This document shows positions 12,028-24,786 of a stretch of DNA of 64,000 bases, one piece after another; position 1 is the first letter of the stretch, and each line of letters begins with the position of its first letter. The notes beneath the pieces were generated by a model. It did no database searches. It was not told where the DNA came from and saw nothing but the letters and a program-made list of their open reading frames with translations. Origin of the DNA: Tubulanus polymorphus (taxonomy: Eukaryota > Animalia > Nemertea). The stretch spans positions 23,770,560 through 23,834,559 of the forward strand of contig NC_134027.1 of assembly GCF_964204645.1 (NCBI RefSeq), read 5' to 3'. The translations under genes were made by a program, and so were the position numbers.

Positions 12028-12281
12028 CAGGGGAGTTCCGAGGGTTCTGGAAAACCGTCGAGTTTTGTCTCTGTCACTTGGAGGTGCCCCTAAATTCATG
12101 GATTTGACGTAAAATTGCCCTCGTTTGGCATGATTCGGCGTAGTAAGTGCCCCTGAAAACCACAAGTTTGAGTGCCCTTTTTTTCCGTGATTTGACATAG
12201 AAAGTGCCCTCGCCCATAATATAGTCGGTGCCCTTATACAATTTGGAACCCCCTCGAGATAGGGCCCTGGCTCTGCCCCTG
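12028..12281. mobile_element. Dispersed non-autonomous element (CAGGGG...GCCCCTG ends)
   Basis: Clearly homologous to 52291-52560 (GAGGGTTCTGGAA...AAGTGCCCCTGAAAACCACAAGTTTGA...GGGCCCTGGC). Confidence 0.7.
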
Positions 12282-12790
12282 GTTGAGTACCGGACTACCA
12301 TTACTATTTGAGAGTAGTTTTTTTTTAGAGCTCAATTGTACTACCAAAATTATCAAAATATTCTCGAAATCCGAATGATTTTTAGTTTGTTTTCAATCGA
12401 ACTGCTATTTTCTATGTCAATTTGTGGTGAAACCTACTACACTAGGAGACACTAATGAATTTTGGTCTTTTATTAGCTCTTCCGGCCTATAGAAGCTTCA
12501 GGATTTGAGGAAGTTAACATATTAACATATAAATTAGTAATTGACATACAATTAGGTTTTACCAGTACTGCAGCCTCAGGATATGGGAATAATGGGGACG
12601 TTGACATACAATCAGTACCAGGTGATGGGAATTTCCACGTCAAAAGGGAAAACTGCCCCTTTTTATTAATGTGCCCTTACACCTTCGCTGAGATCCTTTA
12701 ATCTTGCCCAAGGCTCTGCCCTTGCATAAATTCCACGCTAACCTATGGCAAGGGTCGGCCTAAACTTGTTTTTTCTTGAACTTTTCTTAA

Positions 12791-13078
12791 CCCTTTCAGT
12801 GCGTCTACACCGCAGTGCGGTGTACAAATCAGTGATGGATTTTGCTAGTACACCGCACTGTGGTGTATTGATTTAATTAGTAATTTCTAATTATCTCTAT
12901 TGAAAAATGGCAGCACCTGTCAAACATAGTGAGATATTAGTAACTAACGATACACCGCGCCGCGGTGTAGACGCACTAAAGCGGTCAGCCCGTTATTCAA
13001 CACACTAGGGTGGAATTTTTCAGAATTTTCAAATTATCTTCAGCACTATAGGGTATTAATTAGCCAGCACTGAAAGGG
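12791..13078. mobile_element. piggyBac-type MITE
   Basis: TTAA|CCCTTTCAGTGC ... GCACTGAAAGGG|TTAA: TIRs plus TTAA target duplication; second copy at 42408-42686. Confidence 0.9.
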
Positions 13079-14807
13079 TTAAACCGGAGTTTGGTTTCGT
13101 ATAAAGTTTTCAATTTCGAATGTTCGGTTCGTTCAAGAGTTTGTCGGGTTCGTTGGGTTCTTCATGCGAATTAGCTGACGGGACTATTGTGCGTACGCGC
13201 CAAAAATGCATGATAGGCCTATATTGTCATTGATTTTTCCATTGGGCAGATCCCGGGGCCTGATCTGCTGGTCGTCAAGAATCCATTGATCGCTAAGGGA
13301 ATTCTGGCAGCAGTGCCCTTTTACATGTTATAGGAAAAAAATACACGTGTTTCTAGAACTTACAAAATCATGCCTTTTACGGAAAGTGCTTTTTTTATTC
13401 AGGATTTTGAAGCGCCGTTTATGAATCTAAATGGGGCACTCGATATTTTGAGGGTTTATGAAAACCTCGTAAGACCCCACAGGCGGGGGGGGGGGGGGTC
13501 TTACTCGATGAACAGAAAGTAATAATCTTAAAAGCGAGAAACTTTCAGACGGAAAGCTTTTTAAATTTCCATACGAACGCTTATTGAATGTAAACCTTTT
13601 TAAATACTTTCCACCGCCGATTTTCTTCTACGATATGCGCGCATTCAAAACCCGACCGAAACCAACTTTCGATACAATATATAATTAAACCGTCCCGTGG
13701 AGCCTTACAATTCGCTTTACAAGACGTTCGCAGCGTCGTACTTAAGTCATCGAAGCAGTCGATTTCTTTGATAATCGGCGAGAAAGTGTTTTATTCGCCG
13801 CGCGCACATAACGAGTCGACTTCAATGAGGTTTTGAATGAGAGTGAGTCGCGAGTATTCAAGATTTCGATATATACTAATACAGCGTCTATAATTGAAGT
13901 GAGGGGCGTGCGTAGAATTTTAAACAGCGATATACATACGCGTTGTTATATTGTTCCTATCGGACTGATTTCGGAAGTCTTGGCAACGGCGTTTCGAATT
14001 ATAGCTGGAAAATATACGAACAGTTATCGTTGTTCCGGCCGAGGTTTTATTTTCGTTTTTTTCTTTTACGAATGGGGAATATCGCACTTATGGGTTTATA
14101 AGTTTTAAAGCCCCCCCCCCATCTCTTGTTCCACTCCCCGCTTATGGATTTATGACTGGAGACTGTGTAGAAGATTTTGCCAGTGTCAACACCGAGCCGG
14201 AGTCAAATTGGGCGCGTGCTGCTAAATCCGAAATTGCATTCATGCGTAAATCACTAATTCGGCCACGCATTCATGCCAGATTAGGCCCGGGCCAACTGCC
14301 CTATCTATAAAAAGCCACGGGCGTATTTTGATTCTGGTCTAGCCCGGACCATTTTGCCCTGGTGTAATCGCGGCTTATGTCTTGACAGGGTTGCTCCGAC
14401 GGCCAATATACATCAATTTCGTTTGGAATTCTCTTGCTGTCAAATATTTAGGGGCCTATGTAGCGGCGGTCTAACTGGGTGCTAAAGACCGAATTGAAAA
14501 CGACTATTCGTAGCGTTTCATATCGCGATGTCATAAAGCAGAAAAAAAACATTTGATGATCCGAAACTTTAAGTGAATTTGTCCTCGTATTCGTTGAGCG
14601 GTACGAGTACTGCACCGTCGTACCCGCAACACCAGCTATCCCACCAGATGGCGTGACGAGCAGTAGGTTCATTTTCGATGAACTTTGAACTGAAAATTTA
14701 CATTCCTGAATCCATAAATTCATTATGAAATGAATTCACTTTTCTACTGGGATATCGGTATAGTTTTCATCGATGATTGATTACGCTCTACGTATTCAGG
14801 AATAGCG

Positions 14808-15220
14808 TAATCTGTTGACCTGACAGAAGCGGTCGGTAGAAAGTTTGTAATCTGTCGACCTGATAGAAGTGGTCGGTAGAAAGTTTGTAATCTGTCGACC
14901 TGATAGAAGTGGTCGCTAGAGAGTTTGTTATCTGTCGACCTGATAGAAGGGGCCGGTAGAGAGTTTGTAATCTGTAAACCTGATAGAAGCGGTCGGTAGA
15001 AAGTTTGTAATCTGTCGACCTGATAGAAGGGGCCGGTAGAGAGTTTGTAATCTGTAAACCTGATAGAAGCGGCTGGTAGAGAGTTTGTTATCTGTAAACC
15101 TGATAGAAGCGGCCGGTATAAGAGTTTGTAATCTGTAAACCTGATAGAAGAGGCCGGTAGAGAGTTTGTAATCTGTAAATCTGATAGAAACGGCCCCGGT
15201 AGAGTAGAGAGTTTGTAATC
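14808..15220. repeat. 40-bp minisatellite, about 10 copies
   Basis: Unit TGTAATCTGTCGACCTGATAGAAGCGGTCGGTAGAAAGTT. Confidence 0.95.
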
Positions 15221-15579
15221 CTATACGAAACTGGAATACATTCAATGGAAACTGGGCTTCAGGTCAAGGTCGTTAATCGTGCGAGCGTTACGAGCAGACG
15301 GCCTTTTTTCGAATGTGGATAGTCGATGAAATTTCGATCAATTTTCTCATCATCCGATGGCAATAAAACTCGAGTAGTTCGACGGATGAATTGGATGCCA
15401 GGGTTGAACGGATGTTTCAATTATCAGTCGGCTGTGTGTGAATTGCTAGGTTACGCTGAACACATCATAGTTTTATGAATGAATGAATGGATGATTAATC
15501 ATGTTCTGATGTTCGTTCGTGTCGCGGTGAGGTCGTGTTTTCCATAATTCTTCTTCATAATCAGAGAGATTAATCACAG

Positions 15580-16305
15580 AACCAAAATTGGCTTAAGTTT
15601 GTTTTAGATTGGTTATGGAACCAAACAAGGCTTAGACTGGTCTTAAGTAGTTAGATCAACTATGAACCAAAATGAGCTGAGTTTAGACTGGTCTTGTATT
15701 GTTAGAATGGCTATAGAATCAAAATGAGCTTGGACAGGCTTTAAGTTGTTAGATTCGTTATAGAACCAAAATGAGCTGAGTTCAGACTGGTCTTTAGTTG
15801 ATAGATTGGCTATAGAACCAAAATGAGCTTGGACTGGTCTTAACTTGCTTGATTGGCTATAGAACCAAAATGAGCTTAGACTGGACCTAAATTGCTAGAT
15901 TGGCTATAGAACCAAAATGAGCTTGGACAGGCTTTAAATTGTTAGATTTGTTACAGAACCAAAATGAGCTGAGTTCAGACTGGTCTTTAGTTGATAGATT
16001 GGCTATAGAACCAAAATGAGCTTGGACTGGTCTTAACTTGCTGGATTGGCTATAGAACCAAAATGAGCTTAGACTGGTCTTAAATTGCTAGATTGGCTAT
16101 AGAACCAAAATGAGCTTGGACAGGTCTTAAATTGCTAGATTCGTTACAGAACCAAAATGAGCTGAGTTCAGACTGGTCTTTAGTCGATAGATTGGCTATA
16201 GAACCAAAATGAGCTTGGACTGGTCTTAAGTTGTTAGATTCGTCATAGTACCAAAATGAGCTGAGTTTAGACTGGTCTTAAGTTGTTCGATTGGTTATAG
16301 AAAAC
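15580..16305. repeat. 43/48-bp satellite array (family S1)
   Basis: Unit TTAGACTGGTCTTAAGTTGTTAGATTGGCTATAGAACCAAAATGAGC; other arrays at 22885-23300, 28985-29950 and 31535-31815. Confidence 0.95.
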
Positions 16306-18651
16306 TCGTAACCAATCAGGGGCTGTTGAAATGAAATTCCGCGTCGATATTTTCCACTACCATGGGAATCGTACTTATAGCTACGAATCTATACGAATCT
16401 ATTTCGTCATTTTGTCGAGACAAGAAAATTATTTTATTGCTGCGACCGCGACTGGCACCCGTCCCTTGTATGTTCACACGGTTTAGACGGCTACATTGTG
16501 TTCATTCACTCACGCGAACAAAAAACCCATAAAAATCGTCCTGTTAACTGTTGTATACACGTACAATGGTGTTGAAGTAATTTTTGGGAAAAAATTCCGG
16601 CCGCACACAGGGAGATATATCGAACCCGATTTGTTGACAAAGAAATGTTTTTCCAGCTGGTTTCGTAACTTAGTGCGTCGCTCGCGGAAACGCGCTTTAT
16701 ACCGAAGACGATGTTTCTTGTTTCGAAGCGACGTGTACACACACAGTCGCGAAATGTATCTTCGGGTTCGTATGTCCTGCTGTGAGTACAGAAAAGAATC
16801 CCGCTTTAAGAAAAAAACTTTATGTAAATATTTTTTAGCTGTATACTTAAAAAGCCGGCTAATGTCATACTGAAAGAAGCCCCTGATCATACGGGCGGTT
16901 TTTGCCCACGCCAAACCGTTCACACAGGTGCCGAATGGGCCCAAATTTGGCCCGACCAAAAATCAGGCCTGAGCCAAATTTTAGCACGGGGCAAATGATT
17001 GTATATATGAAAAAATGTCTCCCTTCGCTTTGTTTAAGCGTTGTTTAGTATGGAGTGAGTGGTAAACGCGATTTCTCTAATTAGGCGCGGGCCAAATTTG
17101 GCGGTTTAGCCCAAAAGTTGGTTATACTTGTGGATAGTCGACATAGTGACGATTAAAAGTTCATCTTTACTGTGATGTTTTAACCAACTTTTTAGTAACT
17201 GTTCCCAGGTAATATATTCAAGTCTAAACGTTGGAGATATATCTCGTCACGTCGTGTTCATACGTTATTAACTGCTTTATTCGTTGATAGATGTCGCTAG
17301 CGTTACTACCGTGTTAGTCTACTATACACGCTGAAGATGGCAGCACCGAGCTGAGATCCGGAGACTCTAGTTACTCCCTGCTCAAGCTACTCCGCATCTG
17401 TTGCTTTGCGCGATGAAATATATTCAATGTTTGCCGAACGTTTTTCATCAATCACTTGTTGTGAATGTCGCGATGCAAGCAACATCGATATGATTAAGAT
17501 CGATGTGTCTGGTTCGGCTCGTGTCTTATAGAAACGAATTGGACTATCGTCATAGATAACGAGGCCTAACGTTAATTAATGCCTCGATCAAATAACATGT
17601 ATATATCGCTTAAAATTATTGAGAACGAATAATATTATACAAATCATTAGGATCAATAAAGTTATTTTGGAGAAAATCAATTGATTCAATCGAATTGACC
17701 GGCAACTAGCCCTGATATATCTCAAAATTATCAAAATTTATCGAAAATGAAAAAAAAGAGTTACGAAATATATTTAACTATGAAATAAATGCCAAAATAA
17801 TGCACAATTGCACAATTGACAATTGTAATTGTTTTATTGAAATTCCAACATTGATGATGTAGCACACAGTCATGGACTCATACAGAACAACCCCCTTGTA
17901 ACGCTTTTTACAGCATCAATATATGTATATGTATATGCATATGCATATGCATATGCATATGCTTTGCGCGAATTAAACCCGCTTTATGATCGCTATCGAA
18001 AGCAATGATGGATGCTATCGCGTGCGCGGTCGCTGCGCTGCTCCGCGTTTATTAATGTTTCGTGAAATTGGCCGATTTGTATACACATACGGCCTGATAA
18101 AGCCTTTTAATCAGGCGATGTCATAAATAATATACGCGTTCTATAGAGAATGAGAGAAAGAGAGAGTGAGGGCAGGTGAGAGCAGGTGAGAGACGAGAGG
18201 GAAAGTAACCACGTTAAGCCGTATACGGAATTATACATCACGAAAACTGAAAGCTAGTTCGTAGTACGGACCGACGAAAACTGAAAGCTAGTTCGGCGTA
18301 CGGACTGACAGACGGACGGACGAACGGAGTCTTCATTCTGACGGAATAATGATTTTGTTTTCCTTGACGACTATATTGGACGAGCAGAAACCTCGATTGT
18401 GAAGAGCTGACGAGAGGTGCTGTTATTTCGAGAGAAAAAAAAGGCTCGCGAAATTCAGTCGAAATATCGCGACTTTCTTAGTTTTTTCGTCAGCGTTGAT
18501 TACCCGTCATGGTCGGTTTAGAAACTGTCTTTTAAGCGTCTGAACTTTAAAACGGCGCCTCTCCTCTCGTGTTACGCGATTATAGACTCTTAACTGAGTT
18601 GTGTTCGGATAGATAGCGTCCAGGTTTGGATTTGTATTAGGGGGAGATATA

Positions 18652-18738
18652 ATGTTGGCCGCCTCGGGATTGGCGAAATGGAAAAGTCTGATGAAAGTAA
18701 AACGGAAACCGAAAAGCAAATTGATCGTATTCAATCCG
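18652..18738 (+). CDS. Candidate alternative first exon B (MLAASGLAKWKSLMKVKRKPKSKLIVFNP, 29 aa)
   Basis: ATAATG start and CCG|gtgagt donor in phase 0. A GA-repeat/CpG-rich region lies upstream (18000-18580). Confidence 0.65.
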
Positions 18739-19435
18739 GTGAGTAGTGGACCGTGGTTTTTTTTGGGGGGGGAAATATCTTTGTCGTGCTGCCCCCTCCC
18801 CATCAAACTTTCAGTGCGCGGTCGACTTGACGGATTATTTCATAAAATTTCATTTCGTCATAAAAATTTCAAATAGCAGTTTTATTTTTGCTTTTTCATA
18901 TAGAAATGAGGAGAAAAACCCGGCGCTAGATGGCTTGTTTAAATGGCAGCGCCCGTTAGTTTGTTTTATGCTGCGTTTTTTTTCGGTGTTGCATTTCAGA
19001 ATATTTGAGTTTTCTGCATGCGTTTGAAAGTTGTGGGCACCTTTCCGGAAATGGCAGCATTTACTAAACAGAGGTCATGTGATCTAATTGTAAGCTCATT
19101 TTCTAATCATGATTAGCCCTACCCATTTATGATTTATATTTCTCACAGTAGGCAAAATATTCCATTGTCAGCTGTTAGCTGATGCTAAATACCCTATTTG
19201 TTATTTGTAATTAGCTCATTTGCATAAGATATAGGTCACTTTCAGTAAGAAAAATGATTGCCAAGATTTTCTAATGGAACCTGGTACCCTACAAACTTTT
19301 CAATTACCATAACGCTCTATCTCTTACAGTTTCCACTCGATGGAGCTCCCAAGTCACTACTGATTTTCCTTCTTTTTAGTAAAAAATGATGGGCGCTCAT
19401 TGGGGATTTTCCCAAATCACACATATTTTGGGCTC

Positions 19436-19695
19436 CTGGGGCCAGTTGCGCAGTCGTGACTTCGGTCCAAAAGCGGTTTTAAATCTAAAGATTTGTTGTT
19501 AGATCGGCTATAGAACTAAGTTGAATCCATTTAAATTAAAGCCATCTTAATTAAATCCATTTAAAACTTTGATACTCTGGATAATGTTTGAAATCTGAAA
19601 TATTTAAAACCTGGATAGATGAATCTACGTATCAATGGTTAAGTCGGTCTAAGACTGGTCTTAAGTCCAAGCCATGACTATGCAACCGGCCCCTG
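19436..19695. mobile_element. MITE (GGGGCCAGTTG...CAACCGGCCCC TIRs) with internal insertion
   Basis: Same family as 50866-51009 and 63821-63964. Confidence 0.75.
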
Positions 19696-19779
19696 GCTCC
19701 ATGGTCATTTTTGAGAAACCGAATCAAGCACCCATGTAAGGCGCTACAGGTTTGGACTTCAACCGTATTTGGTTCAGAT

Positions 19780-20826
19780 TTATTTTGTTTTATGAAATGA
19801 TGAGTTTAAAATATCAACGGCTACTTTTCTGAATTGATCATTTGTCACGCAATACACGATAAAGTTTGCTGACGAATCGATGATAGAAAATCCCAGCGCT
19901 ATTTGTCTCAAATAGGCTACGGAAGAAACTATTCGATCGATGAAACCGAAACCCTCGCAAATAATAAACAACGAAACTACCGATAAAACCATCCTTAAAA
20001 CCCTCATTTCCCTTCTAGACGATTCATCGGTTACACCGAGCTCTGAACGTCGAGTAACCCGACGCAAAAATGTCGCCGAAATAAGAATAACGTTGATGAC
20101 AATCAAAAAGCAAATCGGAAATATTGCCGTGAAATACAGAAATAGATACTTTTCAGAAATAACGTAAAACCACTCGGACAGTTTGAATCGAATGAAATAC
20201 TGATACTTCTTAGTACGCAATGTAATGTAAGGCCAATTAACGGGGCAGTTCAAGAATGCAAGTTGACGTTCAGGGAGAAATTGAATGAAATGTCCACAAA
20301 AACTAAACAGTGAAATGAACACCATCGCCCACAATGAAATCAACTTCTTCGGAAATTTACGAGATTTTATCGGAAACAATACGACGATTAACCGCTCTAG
20401 ACGGAGCAGTACAGTGCACCAGTTACGCGTCATCTGAAATATATAGAAAAACGCTGTGGCGACTGAGATGAAAATCCAACCGAAATTCCAGTCGTTCTTG
20501 CGAAACACGATGTCGCCCAAAACGGCGTAAACGTACGCGGTTCTCAGCGGATACAGAATGAATGTAGCGACCATGAACAGAAGGTCGTTTACGGCTAGAA
20601 TTTTGATGAGGAAATAAATGTCAGATTTGAATCGTTTCAGAACTAACAACGTGAATGCGTTGAATATTATACCCAGCACAGACGCCGGTAGATACCAGCC
20701 TAGATACATTAGAACGGTGAATTTGTTGATCCATCTAATGGGAAGGGTTTGAAATCTCTGACACGGGTTCGGTTGCAGAGTTGTCGTCAATGAGACGGTT
20801 GCGCTAGTAACGTTGTTAACGAACAT
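19780..20826 (-). CDS. Intronless class A (rhodopsin-family) GPCR, FMRFamide/peptide-receptor-like, 348 aa
   Basis: Seven hydrophobic segments; GIIFN (TM1), LAVND (TM2), RNWCTVLLRLERLIVVLFP (TM3/ICL2), DSSANFIVY (TM7) and FRK helix 8; N-glycosylation site NVT. ATG at 20826 is preferred over the track's TTG at 20850. Confidence 0.9.
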   Translation of the reverse strand: MFVNNVTSATVSLTTTLQPNPCQRFQTLPIRWINKFTVLMYLGWYLPASVLGIIFNAFTLLVLKRFKSDIYFLIKILAVNDLLFMVATFILYPLRTAYVYAVLGDIVFRKNDWNFGWIFISVATAFFYIFQMTRNWCTVLLRLERLIVVLFPIKSRKFPKKLISLWAMVFISLFSFCGHFIQFLPERQLAFLNCPVNWPYITLRTKKYQYFIRFKLSEWFYVISEKYLFLYFTAIFPICFLIVINVILISATFLRRVTRRSELGVTDESSRREMRVLRMVLSVVSLFIICEGFGFIDRIVSSVAYLRQIALGFSIIDSSANFIVYCVTNDQFRKVAVDILNSSFHKTK

Positions 20827-21135
20827 CCCCCGTAAGCCGTAAAGCCGCAAAATCTCTAGAAAACTGTTCGATTATTCTATTACCATACTCCGAGAACTAT
20901 GTTCGTCGATCAAATTTTCTGAGTTAATTCAATTTATCGTCAATTTGTCTTGTTCATTCTTCACCATTGTGCTTACGGTTCTGGCTGAAGTCATCAATTT
21001 CACAAACATTATTGCTTCATGTCTACATAGGTGAATAACGTTTTTCTGAAAGTTAGCCTAGGGTATGGCATTAGGTTATGTGTTCTTCAGAAAAATTGAT
21101 AATATCACGAGAATATTCTCATATGGAATGAGAAA

Positions 21136-21295
21136 CAGTCAAGCCCCGATATACCGCCCACATCGGTGCAGAACGATTTTGGCGGAGAGTATGGCGGTAT
21201 ATAGGAGGTGTTTTACTATGTATTTGTATTGAGATGTACATTGAGAAAGGCGGGGGAGGCGGTGAATGGGAGGGCGGTATATCAGGGGTTCACTG
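21136..21295. mobile_element. Tc1/mariner-pogo-type MITE
   Basis: CAGTCAAGCCCCGATATACCGCC ... GGCGGTATATCAGGGGTTCACTG imperfect TIRs. Confidence 0.7.
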
Positions 21296-22274
21296 TGTGC
21301 TCCCAATTTCACCACTTTCGAAACAAAAATCTTCGGTTATTATATCCCAAGGTCAATCAGCCAAAAGGAAGGGGCACCATTTGGACGATAAAAGGGGCTT
21401 GCGGACCCCTGCGCCCCCTGGATCGGCCACCGGATTGAAACCCGCATTCAAACTTAGACTGAATGAACCGTTTTTTTTTAACATTAGTTATTTTACCAGC
21501 ATCGTCTGAAAATGCCCGAAACCCGCATTGATAACCAGCTTTCAAACCTACTGAATGACTTAGCTTTTTTAAATCGGTATATACCACTGCGCAAACATCA
21601 GACACGCAACAAATAGATTAGATCAGTGATGTTTGTTTTAAGTCTGTTTTGAGTTATTAAATCATATCAGTCGACAGTAGTGTATATCGACAGTAATGAT
21701 CGCGTCGCAAATTGTCCGTATTGTCGGCGTGTTGTTGATGGGTTTTCGTTAATGAAATATTCAGTAACTCAAATTCATCGAAATCTCGTCAGTTTTCATA
21801 CGGATACTGATACAACGAACGCGTATTTTCCGTGGTGTACCGCGTTGCGCTTTTCGTAAGTCGAAGCAAAAATCGTGAAATTGTTCGGATACATTTATAG
21901 GTGATTTTGGCAAACCTTAATACGATATAGTTACTCGTGTTAGTTCTGGACCATATCGCTTGCATGGATCGACATATTTGAGAATGCGTTGTTGTGATGG
22001 TGTAGCGTCGAGACTGCTGTAAATATTTCACTGAGTTGAGAATCTGGGAACTTAATTGAGTTTGGACCGCGAATATTTCACCGAGTTGTGGATCAGGGAA
22101 CTCGGTATTCAGAGAGTTGAACTGTGAATATCTTGTTTAAGAAACGGGCAAGTAGTTTTTGGTGGGCCGTCGATATTTTTTGCGATGAATTATTCAATTG
22201 TTTGAAGTCACTCAGAACTGTGGAACTGAATCGAAATTACCCCCGACACGACAGGTCGAATTGTGGAAAAACAG

Positions 22275-22322
22275 ATGGTAGGAAATATGATCAAAAACGT
22301 TGTTAAAAAACAACAGCAATTG
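22275..22322 (+). CDS. Candidate alternative first exon C (MVGNMIKNVVKKQQQL; may start at ATG 22287)
   Basis: TTG|gtaagt consensus donor in phase 0, in-frame stop at 22227 and a CpG-rich leader upstream. Confidence 0.55.
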
Positions 22323-22884
22323 GTAAGTTTTCAGCAAAGTTCAGCATTGAGAAAATATCTGCGATCATGCAGAGACGATTTGGCGCCCGGGCCAAATTGG
22401 CACGGACCAGACCCGAGTCAAATTTGGCCCATGCCTAATTAGAGAGTGCGTTCACACATAAACCATTCAAGTGGGTCATTTCCGTAACCAGTTTTAATTC
22501 ACATGCTTTAATTTGGCTTGGGCCTGGTCTTATGTTTTGGTTGGATCAAATTTGGCCCAGGCCCATTTGGCACCCATTTGTGTGAACAGTTGTTCCGGGG
22601 CAAATTTGGCCAGTACCATAAACTGATTGCTGATCGAGGCTTATGTGTGTTATTTTTGGGAGAGGTTGATTGAATGAATGTGAAGTTTATCGACAGGATT
22701 ATTATGATTATTATTATCAGTGATTTAATTAAGAATGTGGGCAATACTTGAGTTTCTATGCGAATGTGTCGTTCACACTCATAAACACTTGGGTTTTTAG
22801 ATAAAATATGAGGCTCTACAAGGGCTGACCAAAATACACATTAGCACACACACTGGTGTACATATCTAAATCCTCTCACCTCGG

Positions 22885-23300
22885 TTTCTATAGCCAATAT
22901 AGCAACTCAAGACCAGTCCCAGCTAATTTTGATTTTATAGCCAATCTAGCAACTTATGACCAGTCTAAGCTCAATTTGGTTCGAAAGCCAATCTAGCAAA
23001 TTAAGACCAGTCTAAGCTCATTTTGGTTCTATAACCGGTCTAGCAAATTAAGACCAGTCTAAGCTCATTTTGGTTCTAAAGCCAATCTAGCAATTTAAGA
23101 CCAGTCTAAGCTCATTTTGGTTCTATAACCGGTCTAGCAACTTAAGACCAGTCTAAGCTCATTTTGGTTCTATAGTAGATCTAAGTATTTAAGACCATTC
23201 TAAGCTCATTTTGGTTCTAAAGCCAATCTAGCAACTTAAGACCAGTCTAAACTCATTTTGGATCTAAAACTAATCTTACAAACGAAGACCAGTTTCATCA
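22885..23300. repeat. Satellite family S1 array, reverse orientation
   Basis: TTAAGACCAGTCTAAGCTCATTTTGGTTCTATAGCCAATCTAGCAA, about 43-bp period. Confidence 0.9.
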
Positions 23301-23874
23301 TGGTTCTTTGTTTTCACTCTATAAAGTCAATCTAAGAAATTAAATGCTAGTCTAAAACCAATTATAAAGCCGATCTCACAGCTAATGACCGGTCTAATTC
23401 TGGTTGCTGAACTTCTCCTAGCCGAGTGAATCCCCTCGGGAAATCAGCGCGGCCTAACGCGATGATTGCGGCGGCTTTCTCCGTCGTAAAAAGTACATCG
23501 AAAAAAAAAAAACCCGAGCAATTTTTCTCTCGCAATCCGGCTCTCCGCGCGCGCGGAGGATTAGCCGCGGCGATCTTCCGTCTGTGGCCTCGTGATAAGT
23601 GCAGTCAATATTTAGTATATAAATGCTCTCGTCTGTTGGTTATTTGAAGTGGACCACGATTTGTGCGTGGTGGCGATAGTTAAACGTTTGCTTTCCGCGC
23701 GTGGAAAAGTTACCGTCATCGCCCGTCCCAATTCATGCGGTCGGATTCGTTAGTTGGATTTGTTAGTTTTCTCGTGGATTACAAACAAATAGATTTAGCC
23801 GATTTGTTAGTTTTCGCGATCGTAAACATTTCGACGGCGGTCACGTCGTAGAGAAGGTCGAGAATATTTCGGTA

Positions 23875-24054
23875 ATGGCTGACGGAGGCAGTAATGTCGG
23901 CGGCGGCAGTGGAGGCACCGAGAGGTCGGGCGCGAATTCGAGTTCGGGTTCGTTGAAGGCGTACGTGACGATCAAGCCGGCGACGAAGCCGAAAAAAGCC
24001 CTGTGGAGGGTCACGCGGCATAAGTGGAAACATCAAGGAGTTCTGAAGTCACTC
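23875..24054 (+). CDS. Candidate alternative first exon D (MADGGSNVGG...ALWRVTRHKWKHQGVLKSL, 60 aa)
   Basis: GTAATGG start and CTC|gtaagt donor in phase 0. The KWKHQGVLKSL end resembles the end of vertebrate DNAH5 exon 1 as recalled (LWKHSVTRVLT, followed by QRLK). Confidence 0.8.
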
Positions 24055-24309
24055 GTAAGTTTTTTTCAGAAGGAAAAAGTGGTTAAATCTGGGGGGGGGT
24101 GTTTGATTAATGTTTGATTAATCTATATATGTTTGAAATGAAACTAAGGGTGTTTGAAAGTCTTCAATCTTTGATCTCTTTGTATTGAATATTCTTCAGA
24201 CTCATTGTAGATGATTTAGATCGGTTTTGTTTAGGTATCATCGGTTCAATTGTCTTCAAAATCGATCAAAGCTTGACAGAAGAAGTCATGTTTTAATTGA
24301 AACTATTGA

Positions 24310-24786
24310 AAATTTGTCACTCTTCGGTCCCGGTTTGAAAGTCGTCACTCTTCGGTCTCAGTTTGAAAGTTGTCACTATTTGGTCTCAGTTTGAAAGTCA
24401 TCACTATTTGGCTGCAGTTTGAAAGTCGTCACTCTTCGGTCTCAGTTTGAAAGTTGTCACTCTTCGGTCTCAGTTTGAAAGTTGTCACTCTTTGGTCTCA
24501 GTTTTGAAAGTCGTCACTCTTCGATCTCAGTTTGAAAGTCGTCACGCTTCGGTCTCAGTTTGAAAGTCGCCACTCTTCGGTCTCAGTTCGAAAGTCATCA
24601 CTCTTCGGTCTCAGTTTGAAAGTCGTCACTCTTCGGTCTCAGTTCGAAAGTCGTCACTCTTCGGTCTCAGTTCGAAAGTCATCATTCTTCGGTCTCAGTT
24701 TGAAAGTCGTCACTCTTCGGTCTCAGTTCGAAAGTCATCACTCTTCGGTCTCAGTTTGAAAGTAGTCACTATTTGGTCACAGTTTG
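24310..24786. repeat. 28-bp minisatellite, about 17 copies
   Basis: Unit GAAAGTCGTCACTCTTCGGTCTCAGTTT, contiguous with no spacers. Confidence 0.95.

Noticed and set aside
14928-15245. 105-aa repetitive ORF
   Set aside because: Artefact of the 40-bp minisatellite.
16496-16959. Overlapping 125-149 aa basic ORFs and a gtgagt donor at 16782
   Set aside because: No recognisable domain and overlap with a dispersed repeat. The nearest ATG (16754) gives phase 1 and the phase-0 frame has no ATG, so it was not counted as a first exon.
24310-24786. 28-bp repeat array of CRISPR-like length, and ORF 24532-24759
   Set aside because: Units are contiguous with no unique spacers, there are no cas genes and the context is eukaryotic; the ORF is a repeat artefact.
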